Source of the DNA: Octopus sinensis
Lineage: Eukaryota
NCBI RefSeq assembly: GCF_006345805.1
Contig: NC_042997.1
Coordinates: forward strand, 104,594,001-104,658,000
DNA: 64,000 nucleotides
Reading direction: 5' to 3'
The notes under the pieces were generated by a model. It made no database searches and was not told where the DNA came from. It saw nothing but the letters and a program-made list of their open reading frames with translations. Position 1 is the first letter of the stretch, and each line of letters opens with the position of its first letter. A program made the position numbers and the translations under genes. This document shows, piece after piece, positions 14,545 to 27,465 of the stretch.

Positions 14545-14623
14545 GCTATCCCACTGATGAAAACTGGCTTTCAGCGAATATTTTTTTGCTGGAAATAGTT
14601 AGAAACCATGGTCTGGGAAAAAG
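14545..14623 (+). ncRNA. Type I hammerhead ribozyme motif, copy 2
   Basis: CTGATGA at 14554-14560, GAAA at 14602-14605, GUC cleavage after 14613, stem I TCCCA/TGGGA. Confidence 0.78.
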
Positions 14624-14909
14624 TTGAGATGGTAAACATTTTAAATTTTCATTCCTTTCGAGAATTTATCCTTTTTGTGGTTTTTGAGATTTCTACTGCT
14701 CTTTTTAGCACAACGTTTTCCTATTTGGAAGCCTCTTATTGTATATATATATATATATATATATACAATATATTATTATATGACTGAACACCAGGCATCC
14801 CCTTCCAAGTAAGTTTTATCTCTCTCTCTCTATGTATATATATATATACTAATATGTGCATAAATATTTAAGTATACATATATGTATGTGTGTGAATACA
14901 TGTGTATAT

Positions 14910-14956
<47 letters not shown>

Positions 14957-15157
14957 GTATATGTATACATATATACATAAATGCACACGCATGCACGCAC
15001 GCAGACACACAACACATATACTTACGCATACAAGTATATATATATATATATGCACGTATGTAATAATATATGAGTCAGATTGTCTGCGAATTTACGTGTA
15101 TGTTTCTATGTTGGCTCTTATTCTATCTTATGAAATATCTATAAATGTTGTGTGTTG

Positions 15158-15192
<35 letters not shown>

Positions 15193-15203
15193 CATACAAT
15201 ATA

Positions 15204-15270
<67 letters not shown>

Positions 15271-15720
15271 CGTACATATATAAATCAAAATAAGGAAACA
15301 GGTGCAGCGTATTATTATAAAACAAACACTTGGGGTTCACTTCACATACTTGTCTTTGAACGTTTTCTATGTATCTGTGAGTGCATGATTGATATTATTT
15401 TCTACCATATGTACGCAATTTATAAGTATAGAGTTTGCAAGCCGTACGCACACGCTCATAGTAAATTCTGTCGCATGTACATATAAAGTTTATCATAGTT
15501 CATGTGGAGAAAGACGAATGGCAATTATCCTCAAGAAAACACTTGTATTGTTTCTTCAACATACGTGTGTTTATGTATATGATTCTATGTAAATCCTTGT
15601 GTCGGCAAAAAGCATCTATAAAAATGTGTGTCTGTATAAATATAAATATATATATATATATTGCGTTTTGGGATTTGGTTTGCAAGATTCTTTATGTGAG
15701 TTCGTGTGTTGAAGCTTATT

Positions 15721-15961
15721 CTGTTGTGTCTGGGGATAGTCATTTTCCTTTTGTGCCTTATAATTTAACAACCTCACCGGTAAAATTTCCACTTATTTCT
15801 TTTTATTCTCCTAAAATTTTCGTTGTATCTTGCATCTTTTTCAATAATCTTGACTCTGTCCGTTATTTATACTGCATTCCTTTTTGTTTGTTTGTGCGCA
15901 TGTGTGTGGGTTAGTGTGTGTATGTGTGTGTGTGTGCCTATGCATGTATGTATGTATATAC

Positions 15962-15996
<35 letters not shown>

Positions 15997-16274
15997 TGTA
16001 TGTATGTATGTATGTATGTATGAATATATGTATACATGCACATGTGTTTATGTATATATGTGTGTGCATGCATACGTATATATATGTGTGTGTGTGCATC
16101 TGTATGTATGTATTCTGCATATTCATATGCTTGCATGTCAGTGTTTGTGTATTTTTTATGTATGTGTGAGTGTGGCAACGAAAGTTTTAGGAAAATAAAA
16201 AAGTGGAAATTTTACCGGTGAGAGTGTTAAATTATAAGGCACAAAAAGAAAATTACTCTCCCAAGACACAACAG
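15721..16274. repeat. Dispersed inverted repeat, ~74-bp arms
   Basis: 15721-15794 is the reverse complement of 16202-16274 (few mismatches, 1 indel); the right arm ends at a TA tract. Confidence 0.85.
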
Positions 16275-16278
16275 TATA

Positions 16279-16315
<37 letters not shown>

Positions 16316-16319
<4 letters not shown>

Positions 16320-16667
16320 AAAGGGTAAAATTAATTAATTGATTAATAATTAATAAGTTTACCAATCAGTTCGGTATGTTAAAAGAACCATTATCGGTAA
16401 CCTTGTACAAAAGTTCTATAATTATAAGCATAATTATCATCAGGGCTCAGCAAATTGCTTCACCACATAACGAAATTTTAGAAATAGCAGTTAAAACTAT
16501 TTCTCTGCCATAGGATATCTCTCAGACAGCAATACTCCTAATTCACGTAGGTAAAGAGAAAATTAACGAATCCACCCGGCTTTTGATCAACCACATACGC
16601 GTTTCTGGATTAAAGAGATGTAAAATTTTATTTTTACTCACTTATTTTCGTCTTCAGTGTAGTATTT

Positions 16668-16672
<5 letters not shown>
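16316..16672 (-). mobile_element. PLE-type module with two HHR-like motifs between two TA tracts
   Basis: HHR motifs at 16591-16662 and 16401-16448; body homologous to the 45797-46679 family (gaatttagaaatagc; aaagggtaaaattaattaatt). Confidence 0.65.
16591..16662 (-). ncRNA. Type I hammerhead motif with long, poorly paired stem II
   Basis: Minus: CTACA-CTGAAGA-(45 nt)-GAAA-C-GC-GT-A | TGTGG. Stem I 5 bp, stem III ACGCGT; base of stem II is degraded. Confidence 0.55.
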
Positions 16673-16737
<65 letters not shown>

Positions 16738-17880
16738 ATACATATAGATGTGTGTGTATGTGCGTGTGTTGACTGTATAAATGTTCATATTTGTTTGTGC
16801 CTGTGTGTCCAAGAGAAGACTACAGATTTTCTGTTAAACATGTCATATCAAAAACACGATGATGTGTCACTATATATAGGCTTTAAGATATCGAATGTAA
16901 TTAGAAATTGTAGTTGTATTGCAATAATGCTCTATTAATACCAGTTCATGATAACGTCTAATAAACATTTGTTGTGTTTTATGAGAATTTGCTAACATCA
17001 TTATCTTTTCTATACTCATGGTGTATTTGGTTCATATAGTATGAATATTCTATTTTAGTTTTTATTTTTATCACATTCGTTGTCAGAGAATTTATAGAAT
17101 TGAATTTAAAATACAGAAATATGTAATTACACATCCGCGTCCAAAGTTTAGACATAAATACGAGGTTGAAAAACAACAGACACATTATACTTTTAATACT
17201 AAAACCATCTGCGTGTACCTAAACACACTATACACATACTAACACACATTAGCATATATGTGTATGTATGTATTTAATTCATCTGTGATCAGTTGTATAA
17301 GACATGTAGGATCACGTGTGTGTTTCCGTGTGTGCGTGTTGTATGTGTGCGTCTGCGCGTGTGAATGTTCGTGTTTATATGTGTGCTTCTTCGTCTGTTT
17401 GTTTGTGTGTGTGTGTATGTGTGTATGTGTGTGTTTGTTTGTGTGTGTGTGTGTAATGATACTGCTTATGCAATTTTTAAACTCCTGAAACGGTGGTTGT
17501 AAGTTTATCAATAGGTGGTCATGATGGTGTAGGACATTTTGGCACATCTCTTTTGAAATCCTGTGCCTTTGCTGGGTCTTAATTTGACAGCAACGAGAAA
17601 CGTATGTACCAGCGCTCGAAGTTATGCTGTGCTAACATCAGGATCTAGAATGCAGTCAGTTAATATTCGTACAAGATCGAACGCTTACCAAGTGTTATCA
17701 AATAGTTCTCAGACTTGTTCTGTAACGAGCCAACAAATGGCAGTACTTGGTTCCATGTGCAGTGAGAACTAACAGAAACCTTCATGAGGCAGTGTGACGA
17801 GTGGCATTCTTGTGTTTACTTCGCAAGTAGTGAAATTCATGTTTTTCTTATCACGTGCATGCTGTAGTCTATGACCTGTC

Positions 17881-18907
17881 ATGGACATGAAGTGTAAGCA
17901 AAGAGCCAAGATGAAATTTTGCGTTAAACGTCTGAAGTCTGCTATAGTGACGATAAGCTTACAGTGACGGGGCAATCGGTCATACGCAATGATTCGAGTG
18001 ACACAGGTGCTTCATAAGTAGAAGAACATTCCTGGAAGACTATTAGCGATCTGGAAGATCTTTCCCGAGAGTCACCCCCCGAAATGTGGGGAAAATTCAT
18101 TAGCTTGTACATGAGGATCGTCGGAGGACAACCAACGGCATTACTGTCATATAGGTCCGTGCGAACAATCCTAATGTCTGAATTGAACATGCGGCATATC
18201 TCTGACAAATTTGTGCTACATCTACTAACCAATTAGCAGAAATAACACCACGTCAAAGTTTATCAAGGTTTCCGTCAGCGTACCGCTGATGACTCATCAT
18301 TTATGTCGAAGATCTTCGCCGGTAATGAGAGGTGAGTCTACGGGTACGACTTTGAGATGAAGCAGTAGTAGTCACAGATGAAGAGGCCTTCATCTCCACG
18401 ACCGCAAAAGGCACAACAGAACTGCAACCCAATCAGGAGCATGCTCATCGTTTGTTCGGCATCCGCAGTATTTTGCACCGAAAATTTGTCCCCCAGAGCC
18501 AGGATGCCAATCGGAAGTTCTACTGTGGTATTTTGAAGCGCTTGAGGAATGAGATTCAGGGAAAGAGACCGGATCTGTAAAGAGCGAAGAATTGGATTTT
18601 TCACGACGATAATGTACCCTTTCACCGAGCTCTTCTCACTCGTGAGTTTCTCGCTAAAGACAACAATGTATCGCTTGCACATCTGTCCTATTCGCTAGAT
18701 TTAGCACCTACAGACTACCATCTCTTCCCCAAGTTGAAAGTGCAGTTCAAATGTTGCCGTTTTAAATCAAGAAATCAAGAACGAATCGCAGAAAGCCCTC
18801 TTACGGAAAACGACTTCCAGACCGGATTCCAAAAGGAACAGGAACACTGGGACTGGTGCATCGCTGTGCAAGGGGACTATTTCGAAGGAGAGGATGTTGA
18901 AACTTAG
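17881..18907 (+). pseudogene. mariner (DD34D) transposase pseudogene
   Basis: MDMKCKQRAKMKFCVK start; decayed KIFAGNER*VYGYD (ITGDETWVYGYD), HDDNVPFH, SYSLDLAPTDYHLFPKLK, CIAVQGDYFEG; many stops and frameshifts. Probable right TIR ~18940-18970; left TIR not identified. Confidence 0.85.
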
Positions 18908-20006
18908 CTAAATAAGTTATTTTTATATTAAACACAATTAGTCTAGGATCTTTTTTTATACTACACTGTAATTTATTTCAGTAAAGATTGTGAGTTCACG
19001 AAAACCTCCATAGTTTTGAAAATCTATTGATTTCTGTTGTTACTAGCTCTTTTATACCCCTATGAGATTTTTTAAAAATTCTTAATAACATGGGGTTAAA
19101 AGCAGCGCAGAAAAATATATGCAAAACAATAATGTGTGTCATAGTGAACGTACGTTAAATTTTCGAGACATTCGGAGAAACAAAATAGTGTTCCCAAACC
19201 GGTGAAAGATGATACTCCATGATTAATTAATTAGTTAAGATGTTAATGAAAATGATATTAGACATCATACATAGCTATTTGAGACAGAAAAGGATGGAGA
19301 CATTACTGGAGCCCTCTATAAAACTGACGTTTGTTTTATCAGGGATTTTATTAGCTGAAATGGAGCACCGGTAGTGAAGTAAATGCTTAGTTTCGGAGTC
19401 TGTTACGAGAATAAGAGCTCGTAGATAATCAAGTAAAATTATGTGAAGACATATTTACTCATATATCTTGCTAAAAGTATTGCAATGCTTGAATTCAAAT
19501 TGATAACTATATTATGGCATATGTTAACGATTTGCATAAATCTGTATAATATGGTATCAAAGTTTGGAGCAAGAGTCGTTAGTGTTATATTTGTCAGTGT
19601 GTAGAGAATATCATGAGGTTTAATTATTACATAAAATCATTTCATTTGGGAGTCGAAATGCCATCACAGTCTGGTATTTTACCTCTGTGGCACCTCTGAA
19701 TCTAATGTTTGTAGATGGTTAAAAGAGATTGCATTAAAACCAGTTACTTTAATATCCATCCTATGTTGTTACTTTGTCTTCAGTCTAATTGTTGATGGCA
19801 GAGAAACAGCAGGGTTAGATTTGCATCAGCAGATATTTGCCACGTCGTGAAATTATGAAGTGTTTCGATTAGTTGGTTAAAACTATTCAAGTGAGAGAGA
19901 GGGGGAAATTCCAAAGACGGCAAGAATGTGAGAGTGTCAGATGATTAGAATAATTCGAGAGAAGAGGGAGAGGGAGAAAGAGAGAGAGATGTATATAAAT
20001 ATAAAA

Positions 20007-20100
20007 ACTTTTTCACTTCCCGAGCGTTATACTAATACATCAGTTTGTTGTCTACACCACCTGTCTTCATCTTTTGCCTTTTTGTGTGTGAATTCTCCCT
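20007..20100 (+). mobile_element. PLE-type module family F, 5'-truncated
   Basis: tttcacttcccgagcgttatactaatacatcagtttgttgtctacaccacctgtcttc matches 32262-32428 and 60975-61145. Confidence 0.7.
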
Positions 20101-20210
20101 GTATATAAATATAGGTCGATGATTTATCAATAATACAAGCGTGTTCACAATCACATTCAGACACAACATTTTATATACACAGATATTATACATATGTCTA
20201 TGTATGTCAT

Positions 20211-20312
20211 TATTCAGCTTATTTCAAGATTTCTTACCAATAAAGAACCGGTTTCTAACCTAGATCCAAGATTCCTTCATTGGAATTTCAACGGCAACAA
20301 CAGGGTATTTTT
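20211..20312 (+). mobile_element. Short interspersed repeat running into (TATG)n (family E)
   Basis: aaagaaccggtttc..tagatccaag..tggaatttcaac..caacaacagggtatttttg; second copy at 34126-34230 (-), also followed by (TATG)n. Confidence 0.7.
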
Positions 20313-20634
20313 GTATGTATGTATTTATGTACGTTTGTATGTATGAGCAGATTTGTATGTTTTATGTATGTATTCTCATGCGTATAGTTATTTATCTAGA
20401 CATGCTCTTGTATATTTAAATGATAGTATGTATGTATGTAATTGAAATGTTATAAGAAACCTATCTATTCATTTAATCTGCATATGGTTTTTACATATCG
20501 TGGAAATATTCCCCGGCACATTGATAAGCTGAAAATCAGCGCCGACCGGATCCTGATCAGTTGAATAAGATTGTTCTATTGAAAAACCGCTTTGGCCGCA
20601 AGAGACTAGAATTAATATTTGATCCTTTTGTTTA

Positions 20635-21030
20635 TTTCAGGCAGATCCAGCTGGTTTCCTTGAACGTTCCATAACCCACCATGAGTGTTGGCTTCATCAC
20701 TTTGCGCCAGAGACAAAGATAATTCACTCAGTGGGTACATCTCTCCTCACCCGCTCCAAAGAAGGCCAAGGTTGTTTCATCCGCAGGGAAGGTGATGGTT
20801 TCAGTTTTAGGGGATGCACAAAGCATTGTGTTTAGTATTTTTAAAAGGGGTACTCCATCAATGAGAGTACTATGCCAACTTGCTGAGGCAGTAACGAAAG
20901 GCGATCAAGACCGAACGCCCAGAAAAACTGACAGAAGGTGTCTTATTTCATGAGGAAAATGCTCCATCATACAAGTCTTTGGTTTCAATGGTTGTTTTGC
21001 ATGGAGGTGCCTTTAAACTGGTTGATCACC
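20635..21030 (+). pseudogene. mariner transposase internal fragment
   Basis: FQADPAGFLERSITHHECWLHHFAPETK..KKAKVVSSAGKVMVSV..RPEKLTEGVLFHEENAPSYKS..FKLVDH; cut off by (CA)n. Confidence 0.85.
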
Positions 21031-21031
21031 G

Positions 21032-21068
<37 letters not shown>

Positions 21069-21744
21069 ACGCACACACACACACAAACACACACACACAC
21101 ACACTGTGTAAAAACTTTCGTACATTCGTTTCAGTACCGCCAGACATTGACACTACTTTCAGAGATTGTTAGTCGATCCTGGCAACTTTAATACTTATTT
21201 GCGTTAGAAAGTATATTATTGTTCAATATTTAAACTTAATAATTTCCACGCAGTTCTTGTCATTATTTAACAGGCAATGTTCCTTCAAACATATATCACT
21301 TCTGCACTTTTACGTATGTATGTATGAACTATGTTATAAGTGCGCGCGTGTGTTTCAATGAGGGAGAAAAATGAGCTTGTAGGAGTGTGCCTCTGAGATA
21401 AACAGGGAGAATATATGTATGTATGTATGTATGTATATGTCTATCTATCTATTTATCTGTCTATCTATCTATACGTTTGTCTCTGTCTGTCTGTCTGTCT
21501 ATCTATCTATTTCTCCATCTATCTATCTATCTATCTATCGATCTGTCGGTCTGTCTGTCTATATATTTACATATATTTATGCTCGTATATATGGGTCTAT
21601 AAATATACATGCGCAAACACCATATACATAGACACCCACACACATACATTCTTCCATTAACTGCTAGTTAGTGGGCAGATTATAAATGTGTGTGCGTGTG
21701 TGTGTGAGAGTGTGTGTATGTGTAATCGTCTTGCTCTTCCCACC

Positions 21745-21809
<65 letters not shown>

Positions 21810-22550
21810 TGGAGAAGAGAGAGAGAGAAGAGAAACACACATACATACGTACAAACATATATACATTGAATGTATGCCTGTTAGTGTGATTCATCTCAGT
21901 ATGCCTTCTTTACAGAAGTCCTATTCATTGATATACTGCTTTGTATTTCATCTCTGATGTTTATTTTGTCACATCATTCAAGCGTATGTTAAGTTTTTAT
22001 CATGTTATCTCGGAGGTATTTACAAACTACTTGATTATGATAAAGACTCGTATATGTTGTTCAACTATCCATTGATAAGACCCGTTCTTTGACATTTATA
22101 ACAAATATACATACGCATACACACAAACAAGCATACACACACATATTCACAGGCACAGATGTATACATGTGCGAGCACGCACACGCATGCGTACATAAAT
22201 AGTGAGTGAAACTTGTGAACCGAGTCAGAAAGTTACTAGTAGAAAGAAGAAGAAAAAACACATTTCACGTCTTTGACGTGAGAAGAGAACATACACAACG
22301 TTGATATCAATTACTTGTTTTCTTAACTTTGCTTATACTATTTTTGTAAGAAGCGAGAGATCAAACAGTGTTGAAGGTATATTTTGCCCGTATAAATAAT
22401 TTTATGAGTAATAACTGATTATAGCTAAATATAGTAAATGACGTTTTGAATATTTCCTTTAAAAACTTTGGAGTTGGTAATATCATATATAAGAAAGTAA
22501 TTGAGTTAGGACAAATAAATGTCGATGCTGTTATAGCTTCTGCTTCTTAC

Positions 22551-22695
22551 TCTGTTGCTAATGACAATCACTGTTTTTGAGCTGACACAATCGTTAGCAA
22601 GCCAGACCAAATGCTTAGGGAATTCTGCCAGTTCGCCGCCTTGGAGTCGATATAATCGTCTTATCTCCTCCGCCCCCAACTTGATGTTCTTGAGC
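22551..22695 (-). CDS. Candidate internal coding exon, product unidentified
   Basis: Minus: tttctttctacgatAG|G acceptor, 145 nt open (RLKNIKLGAEEIRRLYRLQGGELAEFPKHLVWLANDCVSSKTVIVISNR), AGA|GTAAGA donor; lies in GC-richer unique sequence. No homology recognised. Confidence 0.3.
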
Positions 22696-23903
22696 CTATC
22701 GTAGAAAGAAATTTTATTATAATCATCATCATAGTCGTCGTCATTATCATCATTGATGGGAAATCACGAATACGAGAACAACTACAAAAACGCTAACAAA
22801 GACGGCACCTACAACAACAACGACGACGACGACAGCGACAACAACGACAAGGCAGGTGGTAGCGGCGACATCTCAAACAGGCAATCTTTGCTGGCAAGGT
22901 ATCGAAGTAAACAATTTTACTTCTCGCTTTCTCTAAACAACAAGCAGGCACATCTGATACAGCTTACGCAACTTGTGAAACAAAAAGCGAGAGCTCAACC
23001 TGCAATTATTGTTGCCAAACTTTTAACTGTATCTGGGTGAAAAGCGTAGCTGTATCGCTGCATGTCGTTGAAAACATTACGCCTAGAAACAATTCATAGC
23101 CATGTATGAAGATCCCTCAAACATGTTTGGGAAATCCTGGAACATGTCTCCAGAATAAGATATCCTTTCGAAAGCAAAATCTTTGTGCTGAGTTTTCTGT
23201 AGTTTCATAAGCCACAAGTAAACTCATCCTGTTCGCAACATATTTAGTAAGAGGGCCTAATGCATTACGAGTGAGCACTTTTCACCAGTAGTGTACTTTT
23301 GATGGAACTTTCTTTGTGTTGTTCTGGAGAGCAGTGACACTATAATTAACGTAAAACGAAATGAGAGAAATTTGGTCTGGGTTCACATTGGCGATCCTCC
23401 AGCAGATCAGAACGGAGGATGTGGAAACAACGTCTGCAGGTTTTCACCCTTCCTTAAATGTACTTTTCTACAGTTAGACTTTTTGACAAAACTGCATTTC
23501 TGGATCAAGCGTACATGAAAACAGGGCGACTGGCACTTAGCGTCTCTCATGTGCTTACAAACCTTTGCCTGTCAAGAAATGCGTTAAGTGATTGTTTCAG
23601 TGCAGCGTAATGTAGTGGATTCTTGGTGGGTAAAAGCAACGACCGCCTCGAGGAAACTTTGGGCTTTAACTGAAAGAAACTGTCTGGCATGCTCCGGAAG
23701 AATTTCACTCCTAGACCCATGGATTATTTCTAGAAATCTCAGGTTTGTATGTAGTGCGTGTATCTCTGGTTTGTTTGTGTACGTGTATATTTCCTCGATT
23801 TTAGCTTCAGCTGGGACAAATATAATATCAGTGCTAATGATGTTTCGTTCCTTCATTTTCGGGAAGTTTTCTAAAAGTGTTCGGTTACGGATTCAAACAC
23901 ACA

Positions 23904-23934
<31 letters not shown>

Positions 23935-24843
23935 GCACACACAAACACCCTTATGTATGTACTACTGACTTTTCTAAATACCATCCGGTTAGAATATATT
24001 TTCTTGGTGCATTCAATCATTCCCACACCCATTTGTACTTTGTCATGGTAGTGATAACACGAAGGAAGACTTATAATAAAAGCTAAATATCCATCAGTGG
24101 TGATGATCCTGCGAAAAGCGCAGAGACCACACTAGATAAAGATAAAAATTGCCAGAACACACGCATATATTCCATGTTAAAAGATAAGTAGATTAGAATG
24201 AATTTGCACATCAAACTTTTACTTTCCGTGCGTGCGTGAAGTTATTGCCACACACGTACAGCAGATATATTCATATATTTACACACACACACACATTCAC
24301 AAACATACACATATATATGTATTTATTAATATATTAGAACTATGATATGAAGATATAGATATACAACCATCGGAGGAGATAGGAAAAGCGAGACAGATGT
24401 GGGTGAGGGTGAGTGGAAAAAAGCGAAAAGACTGAAATTGAAGAAGGCAAAAGTGAAAGGAAGATGAAACTGATTACATGAATACATGTATGTGTGTGTG
24501 TGTGTGTGGTGTGCTTATTAGTACGACGTTTTGAGGATGAATATATGTTTGCTTCTATGTTTATGTCTACATACAATACGGTATCTTACCACACAAGCTT
24601 ACAGATCCATCAGTGTATCTAGTCATCATTTATTCAGTTTTTATCTCTCACGATTAATAATTCCAACATGTTAATTTCGCAAAACTGCTACACTTATACT
24701 CAAATTTCATATGTCCCTATACCCTATACATGAACTGTCTCACTTATTGTCTCTTTATCTCATGGTCCCTCACAGATACACTCATAAGAATATATATATA
24801 CATACATACATATTTATATATATATATATATATGTTCTTTAAT

Positions 24844-25050
24844 TCTTTTACTTGTTTCAGTCATTTGACTGCGGCCATCCTGAAGTACCACCTTTTGATC
24901 GAAGAAATCGACCCCAAGACTTATTCTTTGTAAGCCTGGTACTTATTCTATCGGCTTCTTTTGCCAACCCGTTAACTTACGGGGACGTAAACATACCAGC
25001 ATCGGTCATCAAGCGATAGTGGGGGACAAACACCAACAAGAAAGCACAAA
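24844..25050 (-). mobile_element. SINE family A, 3' module only
   Basis: cttttacttgtttcagtcatttgactgcggcc...gggggacaaaca, followed by microsatellite. Confidence 0.85.
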
Positions 25051-25124
25051 CACACACACACACACACATATATGTATGCATATATGTGTACACATATATA
25101 CACACACACATATATATATGTGTA

Positions 25125-25187
<63 letters not shown>

Positions 25188-26130
25188 TATGTATATATAT
25201 ATATATATGTGTGTGTGTATATATATATACATACATACACACACACTCACACACACATATATATATCTTTAAAATGAGGGTGAGAAATTTGGATATATTA
25301 ATTTAATTAACTTCCATTTAACACCAGTGGACTAGCATATTAAAATCTGAAAGTTCAGTAAATTGTATTATATACATATGAGAATGATGACCACTATGTG
25401 GACAACCGTTATGCTAGAAGTAGATCCGCTATGGTCTTACCACTAAGAAATGTTCTCAAGAAAAATTTTACAAACACCAGAACGTAAGCGAGCAAGACAA
25501 ATGAAAAGTAGCAAATGTTTGCTATTTTTTCTTGAGAAGGGTATATCCTCTAAAATTGATAAGTGATTAATAAAACGGACTGGGTAGACGAGAACAATGA
25601 TGATTATGCGTTTCTACTTCACTAGGCGTCTTCATCACAACTATTGATTAACCTTATCTCCAGTAGCCAAGAGACTTTAGCTTGTACAAAATGAGTTGAA
25701 TACATTTATTATCATTACCCTGTGGGTGATATTGGTCGACGGAAACTGTTTACGTTTTTGTTTTAGTCTAAGGGCTTGGCAACATGCGTTACTTTATTTA
25801 TGTCCCCATACTTTAACAGTTTGGTAAAAAGTAAACGATACAATTAGTCCTAGATACGTTTAAAAAGTACGATTTAGGGCTGATATGATCGATTAAACTT
25901 TTTAAGGTGGTGCCTCAACATGAAAACAATGTCCTATGATTGAAACGAACAAAGGAGTAAATGAACATGCAAATACATGATACTTTTAACAGAATCTCAA
26001 TTGATCAGACTTGATAATTTTTATATAAACTTATTTCCAATTAGTAATATAAACAAAGTGATAACTGTATAGCATACATAATATTTAAATTCATTGTAAA
26101 TTGCAGCAAAGTAGAAATGTCATATATATA

Positions 26131-26203
<73 letters not shown>

Positions 26204-26204
<1 letters not shown>

Positions 26205-26576
26205 ATATACAAAATGGGGCAAAAAAACATCCAGATAGAAGATACAATGAAAACAAGGACGGGTCATTCGAAGTTTTCTTTCCTCAGTCAAGTACCAGAA
26301 TATCTTCGCAATTTCGGCTGACTACACTTGAGATTGCTCCAATCTGGCCAGCCCCAAGGAAAAACTAAGCTAAGCGCATTAGATTCCTTCGAAGAAAGCA
26401 GCGAATGTATACAAAAACATGGACAGAAAAAAACGGACGTTATACAAATACAATAAAAATGATAACAACAGATAACAACAGGTGTCTTTCGACTAAGGAC
26501 GAATTAAATTAAGCTGGCATGTGTGGAAATGAAGCCTTGCGGCAGGGATAGAAGATTTCACAAACACTGGGGGAAA
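26204..26576 (-). mobile_element. TA-associated interspersed repeat (family G, PLE-tail-like)
   Basis: Reverse complement of 41977-42346; both copies end at (TA)n. Confidence 0.8.
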
Positions 26577-26718
26577 TATTGATGTTGCAGCGACAACGGC
26601 TAGACCAAGAAAGAAAGAACAGGCTTGGCCGAACGCCGGTCACGTTGGAAGAGAAGAGAGAGAAGTAGAAGCAGAGGGACAGAGAATTAAGGAGGGATAT
26701 ATATATATATGTATATAT

Positions 26719-27210
26719 CCTTTTACTTATTTCATTTGTTTTACTGCGGCTATGCAGGAGCACAGCCTTAAAAGACATTAGTCGAACAAATCGTTGCCAG
26801 GTCTTTTTTTTAAATCTAGTACTCATTCTATCGGTCTCTTTTGTCGAACTGCTATGTTACGGGACGTAAACACACCAACACTGACTGTCAAGCAAGAAAC
26901 AAGCACAGACACAAAGACAAACATATATGTATGTATATGGATTTCATAGGCTTCTTCCAGCTTCCGTCTACCCAATACACTTACAAGGCTTTGGTCGGCC
27001 CGAAGCTACATCAGAAGACACTTACCTAAGGTACTACGCATGCTGGAGACTCACATTGATGGGTTTAGTCGAACGAATCAATCCCAGTACTTATTAATTA
27101 AAACTTGTTACTTATTCTATCAGTCTCTTTCTGCCGAAACGTTATGTTACGGACACCTGATGAAGCTAACACCGGTTGACGGGTGGTGGAGGGGACGAAC
27201 GCATACCGTA
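26719..27210 (-). mobile_element. Two adjacent diverged SINE A pieces
   Basis: 26719-27040: 3' module plus part of the 5' body; 27041-27210: a second, more diverged 3' module. Confidence 0.7.
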
Positions 27211-27256
27211 AGGCACACACACACACACACATATGTGTACTTACATATGTATATAT

Positions 27257-27425
27257 CAGTGGTTCCCAACCTTTTTCAGCCCAGGGACCATTTTCGAAAT
27301 TTCCCCAAGACACCTGATGAAGGCTTGAGGGTATATTAACAACAAACAAGATGAGGACAAATATCCGTCAATTGTAAATAATGTAAATAATTTACATAAT
27401 TCCTCATCTCTTAAATACAGAACTG

Positions 27426-27428
<3 letters not shown>
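27257..27428 (+). mobile_element. hAT-like terminus fused to a PLE-type tail with half an HHR
   Basis: CAGTGGTTCCCAACCTTTT resembles hAT/Charlie-type ends; then gacacCTGATGAaggct without a GAAA half, and a tail running into (TA)n. Confidence 0.45.

Positions 27429-27465
<37 letters not shown>

Larger units (their letters stand above)
13965..14740 (+). repeat. Direct repeat, 2 x ~331 bp, period 445 bp
   Basis: Both copies start tttgttcgaaatttttaccggcatcccctctgtc and end ggaagcctcttatt; few substitutions. Confidence 0.95.
13304..14741 (+). mobile_element. 3' part of a Penelope-like element: decayed GIY-YIG region plus two tandem pseudo-LTR repeats
   Basis: Flanked by (TA)n on both sides; decayed endonuclease motifs upstream; direct repeats 13965-14295 and 14410-14740, each with an HHR. 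Confidence 0.75.

Noticed and set aside
20620-20660. Splice-acceptor-like tttgtttatttcag|GCAGAT before the mariner fragment
   Set aside because: ttt-cag-gca-gat is in-frame transposase (FQAD), so the AG needs no splicing explanation; exonisation not excluded without RNA data.
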